A stretch of 9,773 bases of DNA from Tubiluchus corallicola (lineage: Eukaryota; Animalia; Priapulida). The position numbers and the translations under genes are program-made. Below, piece by piece: positions 7,617 to 9,773 of the stretch; position 1 is the stretch's first letter, and every line of letters starts with the position of its first letter. The stretch covers positions 1 through 9,773 of the forward strand of contig JAQGDQ010002194.1 in the NCBI GenBank assembly GCA_030141605.1. Reading direction: 5' to 3'. The notes beneath the pieces were generated by a model. That model ran no database searches, was not told the origin of the DNA, and saw only the letters and a list, made by a program, of their open reading frames with translations.

Positions 7617-7882
7617 GGAGGCTTATCTGCTCTTCGTGACGTGACATCTGTAGAGTTTGTGTACCTGGCGTCCTGGCAACGGATTGCCAGCTATGGTGCA
7701 ATGTATATCTTGTTGATAAGTGATTATTATAATATAAATTTTACATAATAAATCTGTTCTAATATTATTTCCACAATTTACATGTTTCATTATAGCGTTA
7801 TCGAAGATATAATGTAATTATTTAAAATATTTAATTTAATTTTGGGGTATGTTGGTTTGTTGTCTCGCTCCGCATGTAAACA

Positions 7883-7893
7883 AAGATGGCGGC
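7883..7893 (+). promoter_or_regulatory. YY1-type motif AAGATGGCGGC in CpG-rich U3
   Basis: Matches the YY1 consensus AANATGGCGGC. Confidence 0.5.
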
Positions 7894-8053
7894 GCCCTGA
7901 CGCTGTTCATGCAAGTGCACGTAATTATTAGAATCGCCGCTGATTCCATTCTGAGGGCGTTTATTAGCGAATTTACCGTTGTCAAAGGTAAAATAGCTGT
8001 TCTTCCTCAGAACAGTTAAGGCAAGGGGAGGTGAGTAAGTGTAAAACACTACA

Positions 8054-9773
8054 GTACTAGCACGATAAAATATCATACCGTAACTACAAATTCAAATTGT
8101 AAAGTACTGGCACGATAAAATATCATGCCGTAATTCCGTAACGTACTTACAAAATCAAATCGTAAAGTACTAGCACGATAAAATATCATGCCGTAACTAC
8201 AAAATCAAATCGCAAAGTACTGGCACGATAAAATATCATACCGTAATTCCGTACCGTAACTACAAAATCAAATCGCAAAGTACTGGCACGATAAAATATC
8301 ATGCCGTAATTCCGTACCGTAACTACAAAATCAAATCGTAAAGTACTAGCACGATAAAATATCATGCCGTAACTACAAAATCAAATCGCAAAGTACTGGC
8401 ACGATAAAGTATCATACCGTAATTCCGTACCGTAACTACAAAATCAAATCGTGAAGTACTAGCACGATAAAATATCATGCCGTAACTACGAAATCAAATC
8501 GTAAAGTACATCACACGATAAAATATCATGCCATAATTCAGTACGGTAACTACAAAATCAAATCGTAAAGTACTGGCACGATAAAATATCATGCCGTAAC
8601 TACAAAATCAAATCGTAAAGTACTAGCACGATAAAATATCATGCCGTAACTACAAAATCAAATCGCAAAGTACTGGCACGATAAAATATCATACCGTAAT
8701 CCCGTACCGTAACTACAAAATCAAATCGTGAAGTACTAGCACGATAAAATATCATGCCGTAATTCCGTACCGTAACTAGAAAATCAAATCGTAAAGTACT
8801 AGCACGATAAAATATCATGCCGTAACTACCAAACAAAATCGTAAAGTACTAGCACGATAAAATATCATGCCGTAACTACAAAATCAAATCGTAAAGTACT
8901 AGCACGATAAAATATCATGCCGTAACTACAAAATCAAATCGTAAAGTACTGGCACGATAAAATATCATGCCGTAATTCTGTACCGTAACTACAAAATCAA
9001 ATCGCAAAGTACTGGCACGATAAAATATCATGCTGTAATTCCGTACCGTAACTACAAAATCAAATCGTAAAGTACTAGCACGATAAAATATCATACCGTA
9101 ACTACAAATTCAAATTGTAAAGTACTGGCACGATAAAATATCATGCCGTAATTCCGTACCGTAACTACAAAATCAAATCGCAAAGTACTGGCACGATAAA
9201 ATATCATACCGTAATTCCGTACCGTAACTACAAAATCAAATCGTAAAGTACGAGCACGATAAAATATCATGCCGTAACTACAAAATCAAATCGTAAAGTA
9301 CTGGCACGATAAAATATCATACCGTAATTCCGTACCGTAACTACAAAATCAAATCGTAAAGTACTGGCACGATAAAATATCATACCGTAATTCCGTACCG
9401 TAACTACAAAATCAAATGTAGTAGGCAATAAAATATCATGCCGTAACTACAAAATCAAATCGCAAAGTACTGGCACGATAAAATATCATGCCGTAATTCC
9501 GTAACGTACTTACAAAATCAAATCGTAAAGTACTGGCACGATAAAATATCATACCGTAATTCCGAACCGTAACTACAAAATCAAATCGTAAAGTACTAGC
9601 ACGATAAAATATCATACCGTAACTACAAAATGAAATAGTAAAGTACTGGCACGATAAAATATCATACCGTAACTACAAAATCAAATAGTAAAGTACTGGC
9701 ACGATAAAATATCATACCGTAACTACAAAATCAAATCGTAAAGTACTGGCACGATAAAATATCATACCTTAAC
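8054..9773. repeat. Tandem satellite/minisatellite, ~31 units of 50 bp or 63 bp (GTACTRGCACGATAAAATATCATRCCGTAA[TTCCGTACCGTAA]CTACAAAATCAAATCGYAAA), continuing past the window end
   Basis: Unit starts at 8054, 8104, 8167, 8217, 8280, 8343 ... 9643, 9693, 9743; long units carry a 13-bp insert. Confidence 0.97.

Larger units (their letters stand above)
1..8053 (-). mobile_element. Ty3/Gypsy LTR retrotransposon (5' LTR, PBS, gag, pol, extra ORF3; 3' end runs off the left edge of the window)
   Basis: Domain order gag-PR-RT-RNaseH-IN is diagnostic of Ty3/Gypsy. PBS and TG...CA-bounded LTR lie upstream of gag. No second LTR copy is present in 1-302. Confidence 0.96.
6724..8053 (-). repeat. 5' long terminal repeat (~1330 bp)
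   Basis: 8-bp terminal inverted repeats TGTAGTGT (6724-6731) and ACACTACA (8046-8053). One end adjoins the PBS and the other abuts the satellite exactly. The second LTR is unavailable for confirmation; the inner end could be 6722. Confidence 0.82.

Noticed and set aside
7400-7748. ORFs 7400-7639 and 7437-7748
   Set aside because: Produced by the stop-free 17-18-bp repeat array; non-ATG starts.
7831-8836. Minus-strand ORFs 7831-8076 and 8639-8836
   Set aside because: Both start at the ATG inside the satellite unit (or a nearby alternative codon) and are translations of repeat or LTR sequence.
8054-9773. CRISPR-like array
   Set aside because: No unique spacers; units are contiguous near-identical tandem repeats; eukaryotic context with no cas genes.

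Overview
Eukaryotic (probably invertebrate animal; host not determinable here) genomic DNA. It contains most of a Ty3/Gypsy (Metaviridae) LTR retrotransposon on the minus strand, abutting a 50/63-bp tandem satellite (8054-9773). In element order: a ~1.33-kb 5' LTR (6724-8053, 8-bp terminal inverted repeats TGTAGTGT...ACACTACA), a tRNA-Pro-like primer-binding site, gag with a CCHC knuckle, a -1 frameshift signal (GTTAAAC plus a long stem-loop), and pol (PR-RT-RNaseH-IN, broken by two further frameshifts). The 3' LTR lies outside the window. The most unusual feature is a third ORF in the env position (303-1073). It sits behind a strong splice acceptor and encodes not an envelope but an apparently nuclear protein: C2H2 zinc finger, PLDLP (CtBP-motif-like), coiled coil and Ser/acidic tail, with one in-frame stop. 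The LTR has a TATA box, an array of nine palindromic 17-18-bp repeats and a consensus splice donor. Together these suggest a Gypsy lineage with a spliced, retrovirus-style accessory regulatory gene. All coordinates and counts were made by eye.
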